DNA from: an uncultured Acidobacteriota bacterium
Lineage (GTDB): Bacteria > Acidobacteriota > Terriglobia > Acidiferrales > UBA7541
Reading direction: 5' to 3'
DNA length: 64,000 bases
Assembly: GCA_963709445.1 (NCBI GenBank)
Contig: CAVPWV010000014.1
Span: 3,930-67,929, forward strand
Positions 37,901 through 45,700 of the stretch are shown here, piece after piece (the stretch's first letter is position 1; the number at the start of each line of letters is the position of its first letter). A program made the position numbers and the translations under genes. The notes beneath the pieces are model-generated. The model did not search any database and was not told where the DNA came from. It saw nothing but the letters and a program-made list of their open reading frames with translations.

Positions 37901-38621
37901 CGGCTGGTGGTTGCACGTACGGACTCGGCTGATTCGGGCCGAACCATGGGGGTCCACTCGGAAGCGTCTGCTGCTCTTCGGGTCCTAGCCCCTGTGGCAG
38001 TCGTCCTTGTCGGCCCTGTTGTCCTTGTTGCGCAGCCCCTTCGCAGCTGCTGGAATCCCCCTGCATGCACTTACGCGCCTTTTCATACCGGTCCTGCGCC
38101 TGCTGCAGTGCTTGTGACCTCTGTTGTTCTTCTTCCTGAGCGACGAATTTTACGCGCTCTTGAATAAGCAGGTCCTGCTCTTTTCCAGCCTCTGAGTCTG
38201 GATTCACCGTCGGCATCAAATAGCCGTAGTGCTGAAGCAGCTGAGTGACCACGGAACGAAATCGCACATCGTTCTGAAGGCGTTCGAAAATCGCGTCGTC
38301 CGCCAAGTCGCGCTCGGTGATAATTTGGCCCTGGTCGGTCGCATCCTTGGCCACCCAGCGCTTCACTTCGACCATCAGCCCCGGACTCTTAACCAGAACT
38401 ACCTTGATATCCTCTGCCGAGGCTCCTACCTGAGCCAGATTATGGCGGGCGAGTTCTGGACCGGTGACAGGATTCTGTCGCTCGACCTGAGCGCCTGTCA
38501 TCGTTGACAATAATAAAAACGCCGACAGGAAGTAGGCGAACCGGATCGCGTGCGCACGACTTATTCTTTGATTCGCGCTGAGCCGCGGGTTAGTGGTCGC
38601 CATCACTGGGATGGTCTCCAT
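34965..38621 (-). CDS. Giant OPX-family polysaccharide export protein (Poly_export + 7 SLBB-like repeats, long N-terminal extension)
   Basis: 1218 aa. SD GGAGGA lies 6 nt before ATG 38621. Signal peptide FAYFLSAFLLLSTMTGAQV. Poly_export YVVGPGDGLAIDLWGG...REGRISLPEVGPLLVSG. Seven repeats of the type G-V-x-x-PG-x-Y...L...AGG. C-terminal hydrophobic helix WANLFTAASVASSIVSAIFIA. Confidence 0.85.
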   Translation of the reverse strand: METIPVMATTNPRLSANQRISRAHAIRFAYFLSAFLLLSTMTGAQVERQNPVTGPELARHNLAQVGASAEDIKVVLVKSPGLMVEVKRWVAKDATDQGQIITERDLADDAIFERLQNDVRFRSVVTQLLQHYGYLMPTVNPDSEAGKEQDLLIQERVKFVAQEEEQQRSQALQQAQDRYEKARKCMQGDSSSCEGAAQQGQQGRQGRLPQGLGPEEQQTLPSGPPWFGPNQPSPYVQPPAGGNNTLQQAQLMQAGQFSDDQLSPPPSGNLPGSLDSQALGGGAGTSALLQQLQSQNGGESPGASLGGSGLTGNSLGQYLGGEDLGGSFDRTDINPFDMNQFDMTQSGQMGGATMNAQGYRNYYPNYYPGPLRNPNQSLLQPAAMVRRPNPYSDIPSLYDMYMQATPRPAAARRFGMDVFENNSQNPYAIPMDLPAGPDYVVGPGDGLAIDLWGGVSRRIYRSVDREGRISLPEVGPLLVSGKSLAEVQQNLQTVLRTQFRNISADVSLSRLRTVRIYVVGDVANPGAYDVSSLSTPLNALFIAGGPTSGGSLRIVRHFRGSQLIQNVDLYDLLLHGVKSDIERLENGDSVLVPPIGPQVTVEGMVRRPAIYELKDEKDLSSVLALAGGLLPTATLQHIEVQRTIAHEKHTMLSLNIPASDDDAEVTKKLDSFQIQDGDRIRVFPISQGNEDAVYLEGHVIRPGRYSYHDDMRVTDLIPSFKDLLPEPSMQYAEIIRLNAPDFRPSVQSFNLADALANPAQAPVLHAMDTVRVFGRFDFENPPTVSVLGDVRAPGTYQTSGQIHLADAVHLAGGMEPDAQTDDAQVFRYMPDGKAEIFSVELNRALAGDSTQNIILEPRDRLLIHKSTNAVQPAVVYIEGEVGSPGRYPLTTNMTVADLVRVGGGLKPDADTEDGDLTRYEYAGQGQLTGQHEPIAISAALSGDPKDNAQLHNGDVVSIRQLPGWDDLGATITLRGEVKHPGTYGIRPGERLSSILERAGGFLPDAYPYGAILERVQVRDLETKEQNKLVLRVKDAEGSLEAMPDTTPAQKQAKEMAIGQYETTLMQLTTNAPVGRIPIRISSRIDRWKNKSSDVLARAGDTLIIPKRPDYVMVTGQVFNPTAVAYRPGKSVKWYLEQAGGVTTTANRKAIFVIRADGSIIGRREGMWTGSSLGSVLQAGDTVVVPEKAIGGGVQWANLFTAASVASSIVSAIFIATHY
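37518..37541. repeat. Perfect 12-nt tandem duplication GGGGTAGTAATT x2 (encodes NYYPNYYP on the minus strand)
   Basis: Read directly: ggggtagtaatt ggggtagtaatt at 37518-37529 and 37530-37541. Confidence 0.9.
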
Positions 38622-38653
38622 CGTGCGTCCTCCATATCTGATCCGAACGACTC

Positions 38654-38682
38654 ATTATGAAGCGAAGCAGTCGGCTAGGCAA
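38654..38682 (-). promoter_or_regulatory. Candidate sigma70-type promoter of the module A operon
   Basis: Minus strand: TTGCCT (38682-38677), 17-nt spacer, CATAAT (38659-38654). It lies about 33 nt upstream of the ATG at 38621. Confidence 0.3.
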
Positions 38683-38712
38683 AGGTTCAAAATGAACCCT
38701 ATTGTAAATCAT

Positions 38713-38735
38713 TCCGCAATCGGTGGAATTGCGGA
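38713..38735. promoter_or_regulatory. Inverted repeat TCCGCAAT-N7-ATTGCGGA in the divergent intergenic region
   Basis: Read directly at 38713-38720 and 38728-38735. It sits upstream of the candidate -35 of the OPX operon and about 110 nt upstream of 38845. Confidence 0.3.
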
Positions 38736-38844
38736 TTCGAATTGCTTGTAACATGCTGCACACGAATTCAGATGCAGGTGGCTGTTCAGGGTTTGCCGGG
38801 CAGTCTCGTGTGCGGTCTCCGAGATATGGTAGAGTTTCGAGCCG

Positions 38845-40008
38845 ATGCGCATCTTCGTTCTGGGAGCGGGTGGCACGGGCTCCCTTCTAGCCGGGCTTCT
38901 CGCGCGCCAAGGACACACAGTCTGGTGCGGGGACCGCAATGTCGCTCGCGCCAACCGGTTTCTCGGCAAGAAATCCAACATCAAGGTAGTCGAGGCCAAC
39001 GCTCGGAATCTATGGTCCATCGTGCGCGCGGGACGCGGCGCGAATCTGGTCGTTAACGCTTCGCCCGCCGTGTACAACAAAATCATTTTGCGCGCCGCTC
39101 TCCGGTTACGCGCTCATTACCTAGATCTGAATTCTCATCTCGTTCATCATCCCTTCCGGCCAGAGCAGTTCCGCTTTCACAAGCGTTTCCTCGCTAAGAA
39201 CCGCGCGGCGCTGATTTGCGCGGGCGCGGCTCCGGGCCTCACCAACCTGCTCGCACAGCGCGGATCGGAACTCCTTGACTCAGTCGAAGCGATGCAGATT
39301 CGCCTCTTTGAAAGTACCGAGAGCAAGGATCCAATTTCCACATGGTCGGCGGACGTCGCCTATGACGCGGCGATTTCGCGGCCGCGCGTCTATCACAATG
39401 GCCGCTTTGGTCTAGCGAAACGATTCGACGCGCGCGAGAAATTTCGCTTCCCTGCTCCTATTGGCGAGACTCCCGTATATCTCGCCGCGCAGGACGAGGT
39501 GTGCATGTTGCCCTACGTGATTCCCATGCGGGAACTGGATGCCAAAATCGGTGGAAACGATTTCGAGCGTTTGCGGCGCTGGTATCGCCAGGGGCGCCTG
39601 AACCGGTCGGCGGGGATTGTGCGCAAGCGGTTTCCCGATACTCTGACGCCGCGTCGCGTCGCGAAACTGATTCGTGAAGGAGTTTTGGAGAATGCCCGGT
39701 TTGCGGCCGCCGTTCTCGTCCGCGGCGCAAAAGACGATCAGCCCCTGCTCATTCGCTGGGACGCGAGCTTTCCCACTCTTTACCAAATTCGCGGGCGTGG
39801 CCTCACTTCAACACCCATCGCCTACGCCACTGCCCACCTTGCTGCGATTTTCATCAAACATTTCCCGCGTACCCTCGCCGGCGTGATCGACCCCGCGACC
39901 CTGCCTTCCGATACCCGCCGCGCGATTCTCGCGGAGGCCCGCTCCCGCGATTTCCGTATCACTCTGAAGATCAGGCGGATGAAGCCTCTCGAAGAGGACG
40001 ACATCTGA
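38845..40008 (+). CDS. Saccharopine dehydrogenase-like NAD(P)-binding protein
   Basis: MRIFVLGAGGTGSLLAGLLARQGH (Rossmann), LICAGAAPGLTNLLA. Family-level call only. Confidence 0.6.
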   Translation: MRIFVLGAGGTGSLLAGLLARQGHTVWCGDRNVARANRFLGKKSNIKVVEANARNLWSIVRAGRGANLVVNASPAVYNKIILRAALRLRAHYLDLNSHLVHHPFRPEQFRFHKRFLAKNRAALICAGAAPGLTNLLAQRGSELLDSVEAMQIRLFESTESKDPISTWSADVAYDAAISRPRVYHNGRFGLAKRFDAREKFRFPAPIGETPVYLAAQDEVCMLPYVIPMRELDAKIGGNDFERLRRWYRQGRLNRSAGIVRKRFPDTLTPRRVAKLIREGVLENARFAAAVLVRGAKDDQPLLIRWDASFPTLYQIRGRGLTSTPIAYATAHLAAIFIKHFPRTLAGVIDPATLPSDTRRAILAEARSRDFRITLKIRRMKPLEEDDI

Positions 40009-40033
40009 CGCCACTGGGGGCAGCGGCGCTCGT

Positions 40034-40063
40034 TTGACCGCGCACCAAGCCGGCCGCTATAAT
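40034..40063 (+). promoter_or_regulatory. Candidate sigma70 promoter for efp
   Basis: TTGACC (40034-40039), 18-nt spacer, TATAAT (40058-40063). The ATG at 40118 is preceded by AGGAG. Confidence 0.5.
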
Positions 40064-40117
40064 TGACTTTCTAAATAGCTTCCGCAGGAAAACTCCAGAG
40101 CGAATCCAGGAGCAGTC

Positions 40118-40678
40118 ATGATAAAGGCAACACTGTTGCGCCCGGGAATGATCATCAAGCATGAGGGCGATCTCCACGTAATCTACAGCGTGGATCACCG
40201 GACGCCGGGGAATAAGCGGGCCGCGATGGCCACCAAGATGCGCAATCTGCGCAACGGCTCGATGCTGGATCACCGGTTCCGTGCTGAGGAATTTCTCGAC
40301 AAAGTCACCGTGGATGAAATCGAATTCGACTACCTCTATAGCGACGGTGAAGGCCATCACTTCATGAACACCCAGAATTACGAGCAGCTCGCGCTGCAAA
40401 ATGACGTGGTCGGCGACAGCAAGGACTACCTCATTCCCAACATGCCGGTGAAGATCGAGTATTATGACGAGAAGCCTATCGGCGTCCTGATCCCCGATAC
40501 CGTTGATCTAATGGTAGTGGAAACGGAGCCCAGCATTCAGAAGGCCACGGCCAGCTCGGTGATGAAGCCCGCGAAGCTCGAGACCGGCCTGGTGATCAAC
40601 GTCCCCCCGTTTGTAGGCACCGGCGACAAAGTGAAAGTCGATACCACCGAAGGTCGCTACATCCAGCGCGTTCAGTAA
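40118..40678 (+). CDS. efp: Translation elongation factor P
   Basis: 186 aa, full-length EF-P pattern: LRPGMIIKHEGDLHVI...HRTPGNKRAAMATKMRNL...VETEPSIQKATASSVMKPAKLETG...VPPFV..GDKVKVDT..G.Y..RV. Confidence 0.95.
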   Translation: MIKATLLRPGMIIKHEGDLHVIYSVDHRTPGNKRAAMATKMRNLRNGSMLDHRFRAEEFLDKVTVDEIEFDYLYSDGEGHHFMNTQNYEQLALQNDVVGDSKDYLIPNMPVKIEYYDEKPIGVLIPDTVDLMVVETEPSIQKATASSVMKPAKLETGLVINVPPFVGTGDKVKVDTTEGRYIQRVQ

Positions 40679-40728
40679 CTCAACTTCGCCGGTCTTTTTG
40701 GACCCCTGAAAAAATCATTCGGTAAGCT

Positions 40729-42048
40729 CTAGCGCGCAGCGGAGGATTTGGCACCGAAGACGCGCGTGAAAATCGCGTCCACGGCTCGCAACTGCCGTTG
40801 TAAATCGAAAGTGTGCACCAGAGCCGTTTCATCCAGATGTTTTCGGATGTTCTGGTCGGCGGCAATGCGATCGCGGAAGCTCGTTTCCGATTCCCACGCA
40901 GCCAAGGCGTGCGACTGCACCCACTTGTAGGCGTCCTCGCGGGGCGCGCCGTGCTCCACCAAATCCTGCAGCAGCTGCCCCGAGAAAACCAGGCCCTTGG
41001 TCGCGTCAAGATTTCGAAGCATTCTTTCAGGAAACACTTTCATGTTGGCCACGATTTCGCTAGTGCGGTGCAGCATGTAATCCACCAAGATCGTGGAGTC
41101 CGGCAAGATCACCCGCTCGACGGAACTATGCGAAATATCGCGCTCGTGCCAGAGGGCGATATTTTCCATTGCGGCGAGCGAATTGGAGCGAACCACTCGC
41201 GCCAGCCCGGTAATCTGTTCGCTCGACACCGGATTGCGCTTGTGAGGCATCGCGGAGCTGCCACGTTGCTCGCCGCCAAACGGCTCTTCCACTTCGCGAA
41301 CTTCGGTTCGCTGGAGATGCCGGATTTCGAGCGCCACGCGCTCGAGCGATGCCGCGACGATTGCGAGCGTCGAAAGATACTGTGCGTGACGGTCGCGCTC
41401 GATTACCTGCGAGGTAATCGGCGCAGTGCTCAGTCCCAGCCGCTGGCATATTTTCTGCTCGATATCCGGCCCGAGGTGCGTGCAGGTTCCAACGGCGCCG
41501 GAGATTTTTCCCACCGCCATTTCGCGCGCCGCGGTTTCAAAGCGAGCCGCGTCGCGCCGATTTTCGGCGTACCAGTTCGCAATTTTCAGCCCGAAAGTAA
41601 TCGGTTCGGCATGGATGCCGTGCGTGCGGCCGATCTCCGGCGTGTCCTTGAATTCCCAGGCGCGCTTTTCGAGGATTTCGCTGAATCGCGCGATGCCCTT
41701 TTCGATCAGGTTCGATGCATCGCGAACGAGCAGAGCCTGCGCCGTGTCCACAACGTCGTTGGAAGTGAGGCCGTAGTGCAGCCAGCGCGCAGCTTCCGGA
41801 TCGCCAACCGTTTCCTGCACGGCGATGGTGAAGGCGATCACGTCATGGCGGACCTTCGATTCGATCTCATTGATTCGCGACACGTCGATTCGAGCACGGG
41901 CCCGTAGCTTGGCGGCGGCCTCACGGGGCACAATCCCGGCTTCGGCGAGCGTTTCCGTGGCGGCCAGTTCCACATCGAGCCACCGTTGGAACTTGTTTTC
42001 GTCGCTCCAGACGCGGCCCATCTCCGAACGCGTGTAGCGTGCGATCAA
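40729..42048 (-). CDS. purB: Adenylosuccinate lyase
   Basis: ORF 40729..42411 trimmed to TTG 42048, which has AAGGAG 5 nt upstream. This gives MIARYTRSEMGRVWSDENKF, colinear with B. subtilis PurB MIERYSRPEM. GSSAMPHKRNP signature present. Confidence 0.95.
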   Translation of the reverse strand: MIARYTRSEMGRVWSDENKFQRWLDVELAATETLAEAGIVPREAAAKLRARARIDVSRINEIESKVRHDVIAFTIAVQETVGDPEAARWLHYGLTSNDVVDTAQALLVRDASNLIEKGIARFSEILEKRAWEFKDTPEIGRTHGIHAEPITFGLKIANWYAENRRDAARFETAAREMAVGKISGAVGTCTHLGPDIEQKICQRLGLSTAPITSQVIERDRHAQYLSTLAIVAASLERVALEIRHLQRTEVREVEEPFGGEQRGSSAMPHKRNPVSSEQITGLARVVRSNSLAAMENIALWHERDISHSSVERVILPDSTILVDYMLHRTSEIVANMKVFPERMLRNLDATKGLVFSGQLLQDLVEHGAPREDAYKWVQSHALAAWESETSFRDRIAADQNIRKHLDETALVHTFDLQRQLRAVDAIFTRVFGAKSSAAR

Positions 42049-42221
42049 ATCCGCTCCTTGAAGTCGAGTTGGTGCCAGGCGGACTTCCTGTTCTATGATA
42101 CCCGAAACAGAGATAGGGAATTGGGCCATTCCAGGGCTGAGACGTGAACTCCGCTTCGGTTCCAGCAAAAGCCCAGTAAGCCGTAACGATTGCGGCGCTA
42201 GTCGGTTAGCTGAGACGACAA

Positions 42222-43607
42222 TCAGTTTGTTGGGGGATAGCATATCCAATTCACGCTTGTCCCCTCGGGTGCGATTGAATCCATTATAGTGACGGCTGTT
42301 GGGGAACCGAATACTGTGGCTGCCGACGGAAAAGCGATCTGAGGCGCGGAAACCACGTTGGCGGTGCAAACCGGTGGTGAATAGTAAGGCTCCGCGAAGG
42401 TGTGTGAACATTGACCACTACTTATCGTACAGCTGCCGGCACTGATGCCCCCCCCGCCTTGGATTGCCCCTTGTGCATAGGCACCGCTGTATCCACCGTT
42501 GGTTAGCTTCGGAATTAGCTGCGGAGTTGTATTTGCAAAATGTGAGAGATATATATTTCCTCCTGTGATGTTCACGAATTCTGTGACGCTGTGTCCGCCT
42601 GAATAAAGTACGGAATTCGTAATGATCGTAAATCCGGCGGTTACCGTACCGTAGGATGTCGATGTCCCGGTTGATGAGCCATCCTCGAACTGCGAATTTG
42701 TGAGAATTAAATTGCCGCCCCCATTAGTGAACCAATCTGCTGTTCCCGTCTGGTTGAACCAGTGACACCTATCGCAGAAGAGCCCTCCACTGGGCACATC
42801 TACCGACGTTGTGCTCGCCTTAGATAATACAAGCCCGTCCGCCCATACGGGATTCTCGTTGCGAATGGCCAACAGCGTCGCGCAGCTCTCGAAGTGGCTC
42901 GCATGAATTCGTGTGTCGTCTCCGCCTTCCGATCCCGTCAAACCGGTTTGGAAAGCGATGGAATTAGGGGCGCTGGAGCAAGAAAGGAGAGTCGTATTAG
43001 TCAGAACCACCCCATAGCTGTTATCGATGACATCGTCCTGAAAGCCGCTGATCGAGATTCCATCTAGCGTCGCACCCGGCGCGGCGACGCCATCCTGGCC
43101 TACAACCAAGCCAATCGCGAGTGACCCCTCAGTGATTGTTCGCAGACTGAAATTTTCTAAGTCGTCGTGCCCGAGCCCTACGTTACCAGTGGCCAGCGTG
43201 AGGGCCGTTCCGGTCGACGGAATGTAGTTCAGGCAAGTAGTGGCGACCCCAGTTCCTATGACGGTGACGTACTTCCCGGGCGTGGTCAAGTTAATCGGGG
43301 CCGAGAAGTTAGAACAGCCACCCAGCGATAGGACGTAAATTACTCCACCAGTCGGAGGAAGTGCGGCATATGCGTCATCGATAGCCTTCCCGACGTCCGT
43401 ATCCCACTTCGCCGAGCCTGCCGACAGGCCGTCGTTCAACGACATGCATGGGGCCCCGCCTGAGCAGATCGGCGCGACATATTGCACCCCAGCGGAAGGA
43501 TCGGGCGAGGAAGAGATGGTTTGCGAACCTTCAGTCGAGGTGAATGCCCAAGCGAGTCCAATAAGCAGAACAGCACATTGTAGGGGTCGCTTTGCTCTAT
43601 TCTGCAT
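42222..43607 (-). CDS. Secreted protein with right-handed parallel beta-helix-like repeats (possible glycan hydrolase/lyase)
   Basis: ORF 42222..43667. Signal peptide from Met21: MQNRAKRPLQCAVLLIGLAWAFTS. Repeated about 25-aa units (ISISGFQDDVIDNSYGVVLTNTTLLSC, LILTNSQFEDGSS, FTIITNSVLYSGG, VNITGGNIYLSHF). The fold call is by eye only. Confidence 0.45.
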   Translation of the reverse strand: MQNRAKRPLQCAVLLIGLAWAFTSTEGSQTISSSPDPSAGVQYVAPICSGGAPCMSLNDGLSAGSAKWDTDVGKAIDDAYAALPPTGGVIYVLSLGGCSNFSAPINLTTPGKYVTVIGTGVATTCLNYIPSTGTALTLATGNVGLGHDDLENFSLRTITEGSLAIGLVVGQDGVAAPGATLDGISISGFQDDVIDNSYGVVLTNTTLLSCSSAPNSIAFQTGLTGSEGGDDTRIHASHFESCATLLAIRNENPVWADGLVLSKASTTSVDVPSGGLFCDRCHWFNQTGTADWFTNGGGNLILTNSQFEDGSSTGTSTSYGTVTAGFTIITNSVLYSGGHSVTEFVNITGGNIYLSHFANTTPQLIPKLTNGGYSGAYAQGAIQGGGGISAGSCTISSGQCSHTFAEPYYSPPVCTANVVSAPQIAFPSAATVFGSPTAVTIMDSIAPEGTSVNWICYPPTN

Positions 43608-44141
43608 GACAAATTTCTGCCGTATGTCGATCTGCGATCGTTTGACCCTACCAGTCAGATCTGCCACCGAATCGAGCTAGCCAGTGATCTCCCATGAACA
43701 GAATCACATTCACCGTACTCACCGTAGAATACATGAAGGATTCCAGATCGTATTAGTGAATTCTGCCATCTGTCGTGGGTTGATTTTTGCAATGTTGACA
43801 CGAAGGCAAAGGGCTGCGGGACAGGGTGCGGGGTTGGGATGTTGGACGCTGCCAGCGACCCTCGACGCTTGCCACTATTTCGCGGAAGCGGCGGGCGAGA
43901 ACGCTCGCGCGATCAAGCCCGGCTCCTTGAATTCAAGTTGCTGGCAGGTAGACTTCCTTTCCTAATGATAGGACGAAACACGTAGCGCAGCACGAACGAA
44001 TTGACAAGCTCACCAGCCGGCGGCATGAAACGCGGAAGGCCAAAAGCCCGTCTCTATTATTTAGGCCGCTCGGTGTAGAATCCACGAGCATGCAGGAATG
44101 CCCGGCAATGGAGCACGGGCGCCGGACAATAGACGGGGGGA

Positions 44142-45263
44142 ATGTTCATGAAAAAGTTGGACGCAAGGAATTCTTTGCTGGCGAGCAAACTCGGAATCGT
44201 CGTCGCGGCTGCAGTTTTCGCAGTCACAATGGCAACGGTGGGTCTCGCCCGACCGTCGGCTCGCGCGGCTAACGCCGCAGCGGACACTGGATCGCCCTTG
44301 GTGTTGGGCATGGCCTTCGACGGGCACCAGGTAGCAAATCTCGACACCACGGTGAAGTTCTACGAGACGCTTGGTTATCCAGTGGCAAGCCGAACCGATT
44401 GGAAAGTCGACAAGATAGCGAACGAGCTGGGCGGCACAAAGGGCGCGCAGTCACGAACGGCGATCATTAACATGCCGAGTTCGGTGTCTGACAAGCCGTT
44501 CCCGCTGATTTTGCGCGAATATCGCGGAATCCCCCGCCAGGACTGGAGCAAGCTGAATTCTGCGGCCCTTGGCGCCGGGCACATGGACGTGACTGTACTG
44601 GACGACTGCAGGCCCGTGATGGACAAGCTCAAGGCCGTCAACATGCTGGTCGTCCCTCAGATGGGATTTCCGCCTGGGCCCGCGAACGCCCCGCTCAGAT
44701 TCGTTTTCGTGCAGGATCCCGATGGATGGTTCATCGAGCTATTCGCAAAAATTCCGCCCGCTCCCGGAGCACCTCCCGAAGGGCCTAAAGTTTCCAATTC
44801 CAGCGCGACTCAGCAAAACATCGAACGGCTCGGGAAGCAGGCGGGTTTCAACCACATCGGCTTGAACGTGATTGATCCCGCGAAGGCGCTCGCGTTCTAT
44901 CAGGGCGTTTTGGGCGGAGATTATCCACCGCTGCCCCCGCCAGCCGCCGACGGCAAGCCGCCAAGAATGACCATGCTCAATGGTTGGTATCCCCAGGCGA
45001 CTACGGACGAAAACGTGAGGCTCGAATTGCTCGGCTCGCCTCAAAACCGGGACAAGCAACCTCCCGACCAGCACTTTGCCGATATCAACGTCAACTACGT
45101 CGGCTTCCAGGTGACCGACTTGGACGCAGTGTACGCGAAGGCCAAGGCAGCCGGTGCCACCACGGTATCTGATGGCATAGTGAAGGTGAAGGACGGCCGC
45201 GCCGTCATGATGCGCGACCCGGACGTGGGCGGCTTCGTCGAATTGTGGCAGCCGGCAAAGTAG
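44142..45263 (+). CDS. Secreted two-domain VOC (glyoxalase/bleomycin-resistance/dioxygenase) family protein
   Basis: Signal peptide LGIVVAAAVFAVTMATVGLARPSARA. Two VOC modules (GHQVANLDTTVKFYETLGY and FNHIGLNVIDPAKALAFYQGVLGG). Confidence 0.65.
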   Translation: MFMKKLDARNSLLASKLGIVVAAAVFAVTMATVGLARPSARAANAAADTGSPLVLGMAFDGHQVANLDTTVKFYETLGYPVASRTDWKVDKIANELGGTKGAQSRTAIINMPSSVSDKPFPLILREYRGIPRQDWSKLNSAALGAGHMDVTVLDDCRPVMDKLKAVNMLVVPQMGFPPGPANAPLRFVFVQDPDGWFIELFAKIPPAPGAPPEGPKVSNSSATQQNIERLGKQAGFNHIGLNVIDPAKALAFYQGVLGGDYPPLPPPAADGKPPRMTMLNGWYPQATTDENVRLELLGSPQNRDKQPPDQHFADINVNYVGFQVTDLDAVYAKAKAAGATTVSDGIVKVKDGRAVMMRDPDVGGFVELWQPAK

Positions 45264-45309
45264 CGCGAAGCGTCGGAATCACATTTCGTCGATACTTTTA
45301 GTTGTAGCT

Positions 45310-45352
45310 AGGCGGCGGCTGAAATGTTCAATTTCTCCGCTTGCCGCCGCCT
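45310..45352 (+). terminator. Stem-loop downstream of the VOC gene (10-bp GC stem; no clear U-tract)
   Basis: AGGCGGCGGC (45310-45319) pairs with GCCGCCGCCT (45343-45352). There is an inner GAAAT/ATTTC stem. Confidence 0.35.
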
Positions 45353-45700
45353 TGGGCGTGAAAGCTTTCCTCACATTACATTGATAAGAACTTCGTGAAG
45401 GGCGACGCGGGCCGTGGCACGCCTTGCGCTTGCAAAAGCCTTAGTTTTTCCCCGAATCGGCATCGGCACCGTAGACGATTTTTCTTTACACCAACAGGTA
45501 CTTGCGCGGTTTCGATCCTTTGTGTAAAGATTTTCTTCGTATCCTCGTACTGCGCCCGGCCCCCACCAGGATCATCCGATAACAATCAAGCAAGCGAAAC
45601 GATGGGGATAGGGTGAATCGACGCAAGCTCGCACGCTTCGAGGCGAGGCTAAGTCAGAACGGCGGATCGGTGTACACTCTTCCGGCAGTTTCATATCGGC

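Noticed and set aside
38709..39086. 125-aa minus-strand ORF overlapping the start of the saccharopine-dehydrogenase-like gene
   Set aside because: It is Arg/Pro-rich and antisense to a Rossmann-fold N-terminus, and has no motif.
40813..41907. 364-aa plus-strand ORF inside purB
   Set aside because: Antisense shadow of a highly conserved gene, with no motif and Arg/His-rich composition. The same reasoning applies to 21310..22023(+), 46336..47109(-), 51469..52329(-), 55617..56339(+), 60353..60973(-) and 63045..63899(+).
42049..42411. N-terminal extension of the purB ORF
   Set aside because: The TTG at 42048 with an AAGGAG Shine-Dalgarno reproduces the canonical PurB N-terminus. The extension overlaps the end of 42222..43667.
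45413..45428. Sigma54-like TGGCACGCCTTGCGCT
   Set aside because: The spacing between the GG and GC elements is two nucleotides too short for the -24/-12 consensus, and the nearest downstream gene is about 270 nt away.
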